From the NCBI GenBank assembly GCA_002687025.1, contig NYZG01000444.1, positions 1 to 42,544 of the forward strand: a DNA stretch of 42,544 bases, read 5' to 3'. This stretch comes from Candidatus Poribacteria bacterium. GTDB taxonomy: Bacteria > Poribacteria > WGA-4E > GCA-2687025. A program made the translations under genes and the position numbers. This document shows, piece by piece, positions 17,391 through 26,001 of the stretch (position 1 is its first letter; each line of letters begins with the position of its first letter). The notes beneath the pieces were generated by a model. That model was not told the origin of the DNA and ran no database searches. It was given only the letters and a program-made list of their open reading frames with translations.

Positions 17391-18221
17391 CTATCGATCG
17401 GCGCGCTCGGCCCTCAAATGACCCCACGTGACGGGCACCTTCCCGCCGGCCTCTACGGCGGCGAACGCGGATTCGCCCCCCAGCCATCCGATGACGTTGC
17501 TCGTGAGCTGCTGAAGCTGCCCGATATCCTCGTTGTTCTCGTGGTAGGTCGGCAGGCGCCAGTTCATGTTGAAGACCTTGCCCGCTCCCGCCTCCCAGTA
17601 GCCAAAAGCGGCGATCCTGTCGGTCCAGTCGTCGCCCGGTGGCCCCCACGCGCCCGCGAGGGTGATGAAGTCCGTCCATATCGTGTCGAAGTAGTCGCCG
17701 CTCTTGGGGAAGCCGGTGGAGTTCACCTGCACGCGGACGCCGGCCTTGGGCGGGTCGCCGTCTATATCGACCAGGCCGTCGACCAGGCCCAGGTCTACGG
17801 TCTCGTCCATGACGGTGATTCCGACGTTGACGCCGTCATCTGCCGTGGGCCCGAACTGTCGCGCGTCGGCGTCCTCGAGTCCCATCGGCGTGGCGTATCG
17901 GATCGCCCAGGCGGTCAGCAGGATGGACCCGCCGGCCTCGGCGTAGTTCACGAGGGCGTCGATCTCACCGTCTGACAGGGCGCCGGGGTCGGTGTCGCCG
18001 TCGTGCCACCAGACCACGCCGAAGCGCCGCAGGTCGTCGCCTTTGAGGTCGCCGCGATCTATCCGGGTGGCGTCGAGGTCCGCCATCGCGAAGTCGATTG
18101 CCGGGGCGGTGAAGGGCCCTTCGTCGCCCAGCGCCATGATGGCGATGCCCTGCGCCGCGGCGGTCGCGCCTGTCAGTATCAGTACGGCCGAGATCGCGGC
18201 CGAGATCGCTCTGTGCGCCAT
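17391..18221 (-). CDS. Secreted hypothetical protein (possibly a class I glutamine-amidotransferase-like / ThuA-like fold) with C-terminal VEAGGK..TWG.LR tag
   Basis: GGGAGGAG upstream of ATG 18221. Signal peptide MAHRAISAAISAVLILTGATAAAQG. C-terminus AVEAGGKVPVTWGHLRAERADR. The fold suggestion is weak. Confidence 0.7.
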   Translation of the reverse strand: MAHRAISAAISAVLILTGATAAAQGIAIMALGDEGPFTAPAIDFAMADLDATRIDRGDLKGDDLRRFGVVWWHDGDTDPGALSDGEIDALVNYAEAGGSILLTAWAIRYATPMGLEDADARQFGPTADDGVNVGITVMDETVDLGLVDGLVDIDGDPPKAGVRVQVNSTGFPKSGDYFDTIWTDFITLAGAWGPPGDDWTDRIAAFGYWEAGAGKVFNMNWRLPTYHENNEDIGQLQQLTSNVIGWLGGESAFAAVEAGGKVPVTWGHLRAERADR

Positions 18222-18301
18222 CGGTGTCTCCTCCCGAGTTCAGAACCTGTCCGGCTGCGATGGTCGCACGAGGAAGCCGAGATGTCGAGGGGCATCGCCC
18301 G

Positions 18302-20029
18302 TCAGCAGCTTCCCGCGCGATACGCGGCGATCAGGTCCGACACCGCGAGGGCGCGGTCGTAAAGCCTCAGCCGCTCGATCCCCGAGGTCGTGAGGATTCG
18401 GACGGACGCGGTCCGCGCAGCGGCCACGTCCATGTCGGCATTCAGTCTCCCCCAGCCGAACTGCCGATGCTCGCCGCCATCGTTCAGTTTGCCGTCGACG
18501 ACGAACAGCACCTGCCGCGGCCCGGGATCCACGATCACGCCGACGTGGTGCGCGCGACCGGTTTCGAGCAGACCCGGGTCGCATTCCCAGCGGCTCTCGG
18601 CCATGCCATCGCTCAGCATCAGCTCGACCGCGCCCGCGTCTGTGCGTTCCATCGCGATGCCGGAGCCATCCGCGGCGCGACCATCGACGAGCACGCCGCG
18701 CGTCCCGGGCGCGTCGAGCCTGAACCACAGGTCCAACGTGAGCCCAACCCCCGCGTTCACCGGCGAGAGAAGGTCCAGAGTAGACGCGTGAGCGACATCG
18801 GCGCCCGCGACGTCGAGGGTCAGCCCTTCCTGCGTCACCCCGCGACGCGTGAACTGATCCCACAGCCGGTCGAAGAACTGCGGCCGAATCTCATGAACGC
18901 GAGCGACCGTCTTCTGCGTCTCCGTCAGGAAGTAGCGGCCGTCCTGCTCCACGAGGTCGGGATAGCTCATGCGCGTCGCTGGGTCATCGTCGTACAGGGC
19001 GATCTCCGGCTGAGACCACGCGATGAGCTTCCCGTCCGGCGAGTCGATCTCGACGCCTCCGCACATCCACACGGGGTTGCGGCCGAAGTAGTCGCGGCCG
19101 CCGTGATTGTGGAACCAGTAGAGGTACTTGCCGTTCGAGCAACGCCATACGAAGTTCGCGGCCCGCGGATGCTTCATCGGTCGGCCGTCGACGTACGCCT
19201 TGTATCGCGGCTCCGTCCACGTGTGGCCACGGTCACGGCTGTACGCGTGGCACGGCTGACCGTCCACCGTTCGGTAGACGACGTAGAACGACCCATCGCT
19301 CAGGACGCAGTAGCTCTGTTCCTCCGCGATGGGCCCGCCACCGGGCGGCGTGCGCAGGCCGGCGTCGCCATCGGGCAGCGTGTCCCACGAGAGCTTCCCG
19401 ACATCGGGTTCGGTAAGAATGTTCGGGCTGCGGACGAGGACGCCTTCGGAGCGCGTGAAGAAACCGTGCCCGAACCCTCCCACCTTGTGAAGGGACATGT
19501 AGGCGTCGCCGTCGTGCGTGAACGGCCGGCCGACGTTCCAGAAGAAGCGGACGCTCCCGCCATAGGCGTTCGCCCGGTCGATATCGAACTCGCGAACCGG
19601 CATGCGGCCCCGTTCGGCCGACCACGTGCGGCCATGGTCGTCGCTGTGCTTGAAGACGTAGTAGCCGACGGAATCGACGCGCGTACACTTGCCGCCGGCG
19701 TATGGCGGGTCGTCGGCGATCACCTCGCGCCGGTTGTCCGTGTTGTGGTTGTAGAAGCAGTAGACGCGCCCGTAGGAGGTCCTGAGCAGCACGGCGTAGG
19801 ACGCCTCGGGTCCGTCTGCCGGCTCGACAACGGCGCGGTCGCCCCACGTCTTGCCCAGGTCGGTGCTGCGCATCGTGACGACGTGTTGTCCCGGTTGACC
19901 CTCGTGTCCGCCGCCGGTCGTGACGGCGCACAGCCAGGCGCCATCGTCGGTCCGCACGATGTACGGCTGATCGGCATAGGACTCGGTGGGAATCTCCGAG
20001 CCGTTCACGATGTTCCTCGGGTCGCTCAT
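18302..20029 (-). CDS. BNR/Asp-box sialidase-like (exo-alpha-sialidase family) protein fused to a C-terminal LamG domain; no signal peptide
   Basis: AAGGAG 6 nt upstream of ATG 20029 (MSDPRNIV...). Three Asp-boxes: STDLGKTW, SDDHGRTW, SRDRGHTW. C-terminal LamG-type ...HHVGVIVDPGPRQVLFVVDGKL...LRLYDRALAVSDL. The 84-aa upstream ORF extension is rejected. Confidence 0.85.
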   Translation of the reverse strand: MSDPRNIVNGSEIPTESYADQPYIVRTDDGAWLCAVTTGGGHEGQPGQHVVTMRSTDLGKTWGDRAVVEPADGPEASYAVLLRTSYGRVYCFYNHNTDNRREVIADDPPYAGGKCTRVDSVGYYVFKHSDDHGRTWSAERGRMPVREFDIDRANAYGGSVRFFWNVGRPFTHDGDAYMSLHKVGGFGHGFFTRSEGVLVRSPNILTEPDVGKLSWDTLPDGDAGLRTPPGGGPIAEEQSYCVLSDGSFYVVYRTVDGQPCHAYSRDRGHTWTEPRYKAYVDGRPMKHPRAANFVWRCSNGKYLYWFHNHGGRDYFGRNPVWMCGGVEIDSPDGKLIAWSQPEIALYDDDPATRMSYPDLVEQDGRYFLTETQKTVARVHEIRPQFFDRLWDQFTRRGVTQEGLTLDVAGADVAHASTLDLLSPVNAGVGLTLDLWFRLDAPGTRGVLVDGRAADGSGIAMERTDAGAVELMLSDGMAESRWECDPGLLETGRAHHVGVIVDPGPRQVLFVVDGKLNDGGEHRQFGWGRLNADMDVAAARTASVRILTTSGIERLRLYDRALAVSDLIAAYRAGSC

Positions 20030-20105
20030 GTTGAGCTCCTTCAGCGAAGCAGACTCGGCAGTACTCCGACTCGCGGAGTCTCGATGAGCTCGCGCCGGGC
20101 GTCCT

Positions 20106-21152
20106 TCACCGCTTGGCCTCGGGCCCGTCGATGGATCCCAGCGCGCGCAACGCCGGAGACGCCGCGCCGTGCGCGTCGAAGAGCGCGTTCCGGCCGCCGT
20201 ACCAGATATGCAAGCCGTGCGTGGGGATGGACTCCGGGTACCACCACAGGACGCCGATCCCGCGGCCGTCGGGAGTCGCACGAACCGTTGCGATCAGCTC
20301 GCTCAGGAAGTCGCGTTGGCCGTCGGGGGTCGTGGGCCAGCGCATGCGGGCCTTCCAGCCGTCGGCGGCGCGGAAATCGGTTGTCGCGTAGGGATACGCG
20401 GTCTCCACGAGCAGAATGTCCTTGCCGAAGTCCCGGGAGGCGGCTTCGAGGTTCTCCCGCACGTCGTCCATCGACCCGTGCCACCAGGGGTAGTAGCTCA
20501 GCGCGATGACGTCGTAGTCGATGTCATGCTCGGCGATGTGATCGAAGAACCACTTCGTGGCGCCGCGGCTGGCTCCCTTGTCGATGTGCAACGCTACGCG
20601 GGCCTCCGGCGCGGCAGATCGCACGCCGTCCACGCCCGCGCGGAGGAGGCGCGCGAAGTTGTCCCACTGTTCGTCGGGGTCGCCCGCGTCGTAGAGCTTC
20701 CCGTCCGGCCACAGCATGCCGGGCGTTACTTCGTTGCCCACCTGCGCGATGTCCGGCGCGGCTCCGGCTTCGGCGAGGGTTGCGATCGCCTCGACGGTGT
20801 GGTCGTGGACGGCAGCCGCGAGCGCGTCCAGATCGAGATCAGCCCACGCCTTGGGTTTGTGCTGATGCGCGGGGTCGGCCCACGTGTCCGAGTAGTGGAA
20901 GTTCAAGAGGAAACGCGCGCCTGCGTCCTTGATCCGCTTCGCGAGTTCTGCGGTGTACGGCAGGTCGTTCACGACGACGCCCTGGTGATTCGGGGCCACG
21001 AACAGACGCAGTCGGAAGCAGTTGCAGCCGTGACGGCGCATTATCGCGATGGCATCGTCGGGCTTCCCACCATCCGTGTAGCGCGCGCCCTGGCGTTCGA
21101 GGCGTCTGAGCGCGGAGATGTCACCGCCGATGAGGAAGTCGGGAGATGTCAC
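20106..21152 (-). CDS. Glycoside hydrolase family 53 (arabinogalactan endo-beta-1,4-galactosidase); no signal peptide
   Basis: GGDISALRRLE..., FRLRLFV, FHYSDTWADP, acid/base context VGNEVTPGMLWP, nucleophile context LLVETAYPY. GTG start at 21152. Confidence 0.88.
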   Translation of the reverse strand: MTSPDFLIGGDISALRRLERQGARYTDGGKPDDAIAIMRRHGCNCFRLRLFVAPNHQGVVVNDLPYTAELAKRIKDAGARFLLNFHYSDTWADPAHQHKPKAWADLDLDALAAAVHDHTVEAIATLAEAGAAPDIAQVGNEVTPGMLWPDGKLYDAGDPDEQWDNFARLLRAGVDGVRSAAPEARVALHIDKGASRGATKWFFDHIAEHDIDYDVIALSYYPWWHGSMDDVRENLEAASRDFGKDILLVETAYPYATTDFRAADGWKARMRWPTTPDGQRDFLSELIATVRATPDGRGIGVLWWYPESIPTHGLHIWYGGRNALFDAHGAASPALRALGSIDGPEAKR

Positions 21153-21291
21153 GGTCGCGCTCCGGGATGCGGGGTTTCAGGAGCATGCGGCTTGCGCCGG
21201 GCCGCCGCAAGCGGGGGCGTCTGTCTTTTGGGGTAGTCCTAGCTAGCGGCCATCCTGTCTGTGCCGGCGTCCCGCGAACATCCCAGTCGGA

Positions 21292-21321
21292 TTGTCGTTC
21301 TCGTTGATGCGGGCGTATACT
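21292..21321 (+). promoter_or_regulatory. Candidate promoter: TTGTCG-N18-TATACT
   Basis: Located 58 nt upstream of ATG 21379 in the divergent gap between GH53 and the membrane-protein gene. Followed immediately by the hairpin at 21322-21341. Confidence 0.25.
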
Positions 21322-21341
21322 CGCAACCGATGTCGGTTGCG
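21322..21341 (+). other. Perfect 8-bp stem-loop CGCAACCG-ATGT-CGGTTGCG at the predicted 5' end of the transcript
   Basis: Read directly. Role unknown (5'-UTR structure or operator). Confidence 0.5.
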
Positions 21342-21378
21342 TCTCCGGTGACCCGCACAACCACTGTTGGATCGCACT

Positions 21379-21720
21379 ATGTTCGGGCGATTCGTCGGCT
21401 CCTCGCTCATGTGCCTGATACCGGCCTTTCTGGTTGGGGGGATTGTCGGCGGCCTGGTCGGCGGCGGCACGGAGATGTTCGAGCCGGACATCACGGACGA
21501 GGAAGCGGCCGAACTGACCACGATGGAGTTCCTACAACACACCTTCAAGCCCGGCCCTCCCGCCACGCCCGAATACCGCATCGCCTTCACGGTCACTTTC
21601 CTCGCCGTGTTCTCTGCCGGGGTATTCTGGCTCATGTGGGAGACGCGACCGTACGATCGCCGTGTCGGCCCCACGGGTGACGTCGTCAGGGTCGCGCGAC
21701 GGACGCAGTTGCGAGCCTAA
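21379..21720 (+). CDS. Small membrane protein (two predicted TM segments), hypothetical
   Basis: MFGRFVGSSLMCLIPAFLVGGIVGGLVGGG..., then an acidic loop, then IAFTVTFLAVFSAGVFWLMW. The ORF is open from TTG 21367. Confidence 0.6.
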   Translation: MFGRFVGSSLMCLIPAFLVGGIVGGLVGGGTEMFEPDITDEEAAELTTMEFLQHTFKPGPPATPEYRIAFTVTFLAVFSAGVFWLMWETRPYDRRVGPTGDVVRVARRTQLRA

Positions 21721-21739
21721 GGCACGGCGCGCGGCGACG

Positions 21740-22804
21740 CTAACTCGTCTCCGTCCATGCGTCGCGGAACAGGCGAATCCAATTCCCGTGCATCACGCCT
21801 TCGACATCGGCTTCGGTGTAGCCGCGCTTGCGCAGCAGGTCGGCAATCTTCTGGAGGTCGGCGATGGTGTCCAGGTCGTGCGGCGTTTGCTCCGTGCCGT
21901 ATCCCCCGTCGAGGTCGCTTCCGATACCGGCATGGCGCGCGTTCCCGGCGAGCTGGCACACATGGTCTATGTGATCGGCCACTGCCTCCAGGCTCACGAC
22001 TTCCGGCTGTGTCCGCTCCTTGATCCAGCCCTCGTAGAGCATCCACGCGTCCAGGGCCGCGCCGATAACGCCTCCGCGCTCGATGACCGCCTTGAGCTGA
22101 TCGTCGGTGAACTGCCGCCCCCCGGACACGAGCGCGCGGCAGTTGTTGTGGCTGGCCAACACCGGGCCGTCGAACGCCTCGACCGCCTCCCAGAACGCCT
22201 GATCGGCGAGGTGCGTCAGGTCGAGGATCATCCCGACGTCCGCCATCGCGTCCAGGAGTGGCCGGCCAAGATCGGTGAGACCGCCTTCCGTGCCCGTGCC
22301 GTGCGCGTAGGCGCTGACCCCGTAGTGCGACGGCCCGACCACGCGCAGCCCGTCATCCCACCAGGAAGCGACCTGATCCGGCGACACGATGGGATCCGCG
22401 CCCTCCATGCTCAGGATCATCCCGAGCGGCGCCTCGGCAGCAGACGCACGCCAGTCGGTTAGCTGGGCGTCGAGGCCCGGGGCATCCGTCACCATGCGGA
22501 TCTTCGCCTGAGACTCCAGCACGCGGTAGTAGGCGAGTTGTCCCTGCGCGTGGGCGTACGAGATCTCCTGGCAGGCGGAGCCCGCGGCGTCGCTCTCGGG
22601 CCGCGCCGTGCGCGCGATGACCGTCACGACCGATAGGCCGACCTCGGCCTTCCGCATCTCGGGCAGCGTGGTCGTGCCACACGCTCGGCCTTTCTGCGAC
22701 ATGTCTCGTTCGTGTTCCCGAATCGCGTAGACGTCGAGATCGAGATTCCGGTCCCAATTCAGTGCGTTCATGGCGAGATCGAGGTGCGCGTCGACAAGCA
22801 GCAT
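21740..22804 (-). CDS. Membrane dipeptidase family (peptidase M19) protein
   Basis: AGGAGGAG upstream of ATG 22804. MLLVDAHLDLAMNAL... and GIGSDLDGGYG match the M19 signature regions. Confidence 0.8.
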   Translation of the reverse strand: MLLVDAHLDLAMNALNWDRNLDLDVYAIREHERDMSQKGRACGTTTLPEMRKAEVGLSVVTVIARTARPESDAAGSACQEISYAHAQGQLAYYRVLESQAKIRMVTDAPGLDAQLTDWRASAAEAPLGMILSMEGADPIVSPDQVASWWDDGLRVVGPSHYGVSAYAHGTGTEGGLTDLGRPLLDAMADVGMILDLTHLADQAFWEAVEAFDGPVLASHNNCRALVSGGRQFTDDQLKAVIERGGVIGAALDAWMLYEGWIKERTQPEVVSLEAVADHIDHVCQLAGNARHAGIGSDLDGGYGTEQTPHDLDTIADLQKIADLLRKRGYTEADVEGVMHGNWIRLFRDAWTETS

Positions 22805-23208
22805 GGCGTCTCCTCCTGTACGCGACACTATCTCATGTGCGGGCGCGTGAGACACGATCCGCTCCGGCCCGCCGTCTCACGCCGCTGTAGGCGCCACTCG
22901 CCGTTCGCCGCGGTCGAAGCATCCCACGCCTACCTGCGCCTCGTGTGCGATGCCATCCGTCCTCTCGGCGGGCGCCCGCGAGAAACGGGTGCACGGATGT
23001 GTCGCCGCGTCCCACTATACCCATGCCGTGTGCGTGCCGGAGCGTGCTGTAGAAGTGCCCGGCGCGACCGAAATCTCCCTACTACCAAGGGGGATGGGCG
23101 GCTGTTCGTGATGAGGCCCGGCGCGAAACGTGCATCCACGCGTACGTGAAATAGGGCATACTGTGCCCCGCGCGATCGCGCCCGTCCGTCAAGACCAGGG
23201 TGAGTTGC

Positions 23209-25170
23209 ATGATCTTCGTCAGACGCGCGCTTCTGCTTGCGACGTGTGTCGCGGTGGCGGGAGCCGCTCATCAAGCGCACGGCCAAGAGGTGTACAGCCT
23301 CTTCGGCAAGCTGTTTCTGTCGGGTCGTGTCGAGTACGACTTCACGCAGCGCCGCGACTTCCTCACCGACGTCGAGGACCATCACGTCCAACAGAACGAG
23401 TTCGACTTCGACCGCATCTTCCGGCGCGGCTTCCACAGCGTGATGATCATCGAGGAACAGGCGGGAGCTACGAAGAACATCCTCAGCCTCGGTGAGGTGC
23501 CCACTACCTTCACGCGTCTGAGCTTCGACCAGGTGGACATGACGGGCGTACGCTGGGATGTGCGCGGCAAACGCACCGACTGGTCCGCGATCATGGTCCC
23601 CGGCTCTCTGAACCCGGTGATTGGGCAGGAACACATCACGGGGTCCGGCGTCGGTCTGCGTCAGGTGACGAAGACGTCCCGTGCGAAGTACGGCGCGGCG
23701 TGGTACTTCCGCGAGACGCCCGTCCTGTCGGTCGACGTCGAGGCGAGCTTCACAAACATAGGCCGCAAGGCGGAGTTCGCGATCACTCCCAAGGGCTCCG
23801 TGACGAACGACCTGCGAGGACGCGCCGACGCGTCGGCCGCGGTTTACAAGGAGTTCCACACGATCGGCGACACGATCGTCCAGTTGGAGGCGTTCCGCGT
23901 CGGCCCTCACTTCGACGCCTCACGATCCGTCGGCGACAACGACGACCAGGACCGTTATACCGACAACACGCCGTTGGACCCACCGTCGAAGATCATCCCG
24001 GGAGACCTCGACAAGAACGACAACGGCGTCTTCGACTACGAGGACGATGTCCTTCTGTTCGACGTCGACGAGGACTTCCTGGACGAAGGAGACCGCAACA
24101 ACAACGGCGTCCGCGATCAGGAAGAGAACGACAAGGACCCGAACTACGAATTCGACGCGGCCAGACGCGGCCTGCGGCTGTGGCTGACGCGGCGGAAGTC
24201 CACGCGCGACACGGCCACGGACGTGGACCTCGGCGTGCGCTACGAGACCACCCTCGGCGACGAGGATGTCACGCCGCACGCGACGGCGACAAAGCTCTTC
24301 TCGAACGTCGAACACCGCCGAACCGTCGGGAAGGCGTCCGTGTTGCAGCTCGACAACGAGCTGAAGTACGTGCGAGACGCGATCCCCGACGAGACGTGGC
24401 ACTTCGCGGCGCGGCTGAGCCCCGCGGAGGCCGCGGCATATCGCGCCCTTCCCAAGACGGCCGCCCTCGAAGCGGCGGGCGAGATTGGCTTCCTCGAATT
24501 CGAGGGCGTCACCGAGGTCGAGCGCAGACGCCGCGACCCGATCTCGATGCAGAACGACATCATCAACACGACCAAGCTGACGTGGGAATACTCGGGGATA
24601 CGACAATTCGTCGCGACGGCCCGTGCGAAGCTCCAGTACGACCTGGACATCGACGGAGAAGACGAACAGTACGAGGTGGGCATCCTGAAGGCGCGCTACA
24701 CATTCCGCCCGTCGAAGAAGCTCGAAGTCAGTCCGATGCTGAAGTACACCGTCCGCGACGGCTTCCGGCGGGACGAGGCGCGCCTGGAAGATGTCGCCGT
24801 CGCGGATTTCGTGACCGGCGATGACGGAATCGAGGTACCCAGCGAGGTAGAACGCGTGCGACTGCGGCGCATCGACGAGACGGACGTGCGCGACATGGCG
24901 ACGGCTGTCATCCTCCGCGTCGAGAACCAATTCACGCCGACTATCCGGCTAACCGGCGGCGTGCAACTGCTCCTGTTCGACGATCTGCTGGAAGACGACA
25001 ACGACTTCATCCGGCAGGCGGTGCTCGCCGAGATGGAGAAGAGCTTCCAGGCATACAACCGCGACATGTTCCTCCACATCGGCGCGCGGTACATCGATCA
25101 GCGGGCGCGAGGCGACCTGAACGACGCGAACTTTATGGAGACCTTCGTCCGCGTTTTCGCGAAGTTCTGA
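23209..25170 (+). CDS. Outer-membrane beta-barrel protein (uncharacterised family) with an acidic thrombospondin-type-3-like Ca-binding insert
   Basis: Signal peptide MIFVRRALLLATCVAVAGAAHQAHG/QE. Alternating-hydrophobic strands throughout. Terminal ...ETFVRVFAKF (C-terminal Phe). Acidic insert at nt 23935-24156. The ORF is also open from GTG 23200. Confidence 0.8.
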   Translation: MIFVRRALLLATCVAVAGAAHQAHGQEVYSLFGKLFLSGRVEYDFTQRRDFLTDVEDHHVQQNEFDFDRIFRRGFHSVMIIEEQAGATKNILSLGEVPTTFTRLSFDQVDMTGVRWDVRGKRTDWSAIMVPGSLNPVIGQEHITGSGVGLRQVTKTSRAKYGAAWYFRETPVLSVDVEASFTNIGRKAEFAITPKGSVTNDLRGRADASAAVYKEFHTIGDTIVQLEAFRVGPHFDASRSVGDNDDQDRYTDNTPLDPPSKIIPGDLDKNDNGVFDYEDDVLLFDVDEDFLDEGDRNNNGVRDQEENDKDPNYEFDAARRGLRLWLTRRKSTRDTATDVDLGVRYETTLGDEDVTPHATATKLFSNVEHRRTVGKASVLQLDNELKYVRDAIPDETWHFAARLSPAEAAAYRALPKTAALEAAGEIGFLEFEGVTEVERRRRDPISMQNDIINTTKLTWEYSGIRQFVATARAKLQYDLDIDGEDEQYEVGILKARYTFRPSKKLEVSPMLKYTVRDGFRRDEARLEDVAVADFVTGDDGIEVPSEVERVRLRRIDETDVRDMATAVILRVENQFTPTIRLTGGVQLLLFDDLLEDDNDFIRQAVLAEMEKSFQAYNRDMFLHIGARYIDQRARGDLNDANFMETFVRVFAKF

Positions 25171-25180
25171 CAGGATCTGA

Positions 25181-25852
25181 ATGCGACGTATGGCCAATCT
25201 GGCGACGATAAGCAGGTCGGAATTCCTGCGCCTCCTGGGCATCTCCGGTGTGGCGTTTGCGCTCGGGGAGACTGCTGCCTCGGGTTCGCCGACGGTGGTG
25301 CGGTGTCAGCTGACGCCCAACGTGCTGCTTGTCGGCCGCCGCAACGTCTTCCGTGCGCATGTGTCCGGCCTCGGCGACGCGCCGTCGAGGGCGTCCTGCA
25401 TGGGTCTCCAGTCCGCCGGCAGGCCCGCCGTACGCGGCGAGGTGACTTTCGACTTCGACGGCGTCGTGCAGCCTACGCTTGAGGCCGCGGGGGGAATAAC
25501 GCGCGTCGCGGTGCACGGCCCGGACTTTCGCGGCAATGCCCCAGTGATGCTGGTGCGGCCGGAAGCGTGCCTTATCTACCGGACGAGCGTTAGGGGCCGG
25601 AAGGCGTGTCCGAGGTGTCGGGACCACGCGGAGAACGTCGTGTACGTGTCTCGTCAGGCCGCCGAGGAAGGGCGCTGTCATCCGCGGTGTCGCTGTCCGA
25701 TCGTGTCGGAGAAGGCGCACTGGGAGGTCTTCGCACGCGCCTTCTGGCCCACGGGGCCGGGCGCGGGAGTTCTGCATGACCGCCGCTGGGGGTGGCCGGC
25801 CCCGGCTCCGGTTGGGCTCGCGCTGCAAACAGTTTCAGGACCAAGGGGGTAA
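25181..25852 (+). CDS. Exported (Tat-like signal) hypothetical protein with an Ada-N-terminal-like Cys/His motif
   Basis: AGGA 5 nt upstream of the ATG, 10 nt after the OMP stop. N-terminus MRRMANLATISRSEFLRLLGISGVAFALG. Motif CPRCRDHAENVVYVSRQAAEEGRCHPRCRCP (nt 25607-25696). Third-position G/C bias favours this frame over the antisense ORFs. Confidence 0.65.
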   Translation: MRRMANLATISRSEFLRLLGISGVAFALGETAASGSPTVVRCQLTPNVLLVGRRNVFRAHVSGLGDAPSRASCMGLQSAGRPAVRGEVTFDFDGVVQPTLEAAGGITRVAVHGPDFRGNAPVMLVRPEACLIYRTSVRGRKACPRCRDHAENVVYVSRQAAEEGRCHPRCRCPIVSEKAHWEVFARAFWPTGPGAGVLHDRRWGWPAPAPVGLALQTVSGPRG

Positions 25853-25909
25853 TACCCGGGGCTCCTGCCAGACAGGACGCCTCGGGGGCTGAGTCGCGCT
25901 GTCGTCATC

Positions 25910-25937
25910 TGTACCTGGCGAGCATACGCCAGGTACA
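25910..25937 (+). terminator. Perfect 11-bp hairpin TGTACCTGGCG-AGCATA-CGCCAGGTACA; possible terminator or attenuator
   Basis: Located 58 nt after the stop at 25852 and 65 nt before ATG 26002. A short GGTTTTAG follows 7 nt downstream, so the U-tract is displaced and weak. Confidence 0.45.
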
Positions 25938-26001
25938 AGAGTGGTTTTAGCCCGCCTCGGCCTCCCTTTTTCGTTCGCTTCCAGGATGGAGCTAACCGAC
26001 C

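Noticed and set aside
20030-20281. Upstream extensions of several ORFs: 20030-20281 (sialidase), 12525-12779 (protease-like), 39611-39868 (GNAT), 7160-7264 (FAD protein), 30776-30862 (GNAT), 40952-41035, 41508-41678
   Set aside because: In each case the extension is Arg/Ser/Pro-rich. It lacks a signal peptide or any domain, often overlaps a neighbouring gene, and an internal start with a Shine-Dalgarno-like sequence coincides with the beginning of the recognisable domain.
18224-20509. 761-aa plus-strand ORF, the longest ORF after the propeller gene
   Set aside because: It is antisense to the sialidase-LamG and GH53 genes, which have clear catalytic motifs. The translation is Arg/Pro/Gly/Val-rich with no motif, and the ORF runs across two genes and their spacer. 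This is a typical mirror-frame shadow ORF in high-GC DNA.
22930-24930. Two minus-strand ORFs (326 aa and 336 aa) opposite the OMP gene
   Set aside because: The plus-strand frame has a signal peptide, amphipathic strands and a C-terminal Phe. The minus-strand translations are Arg/Val/Asp-rich mirror products.
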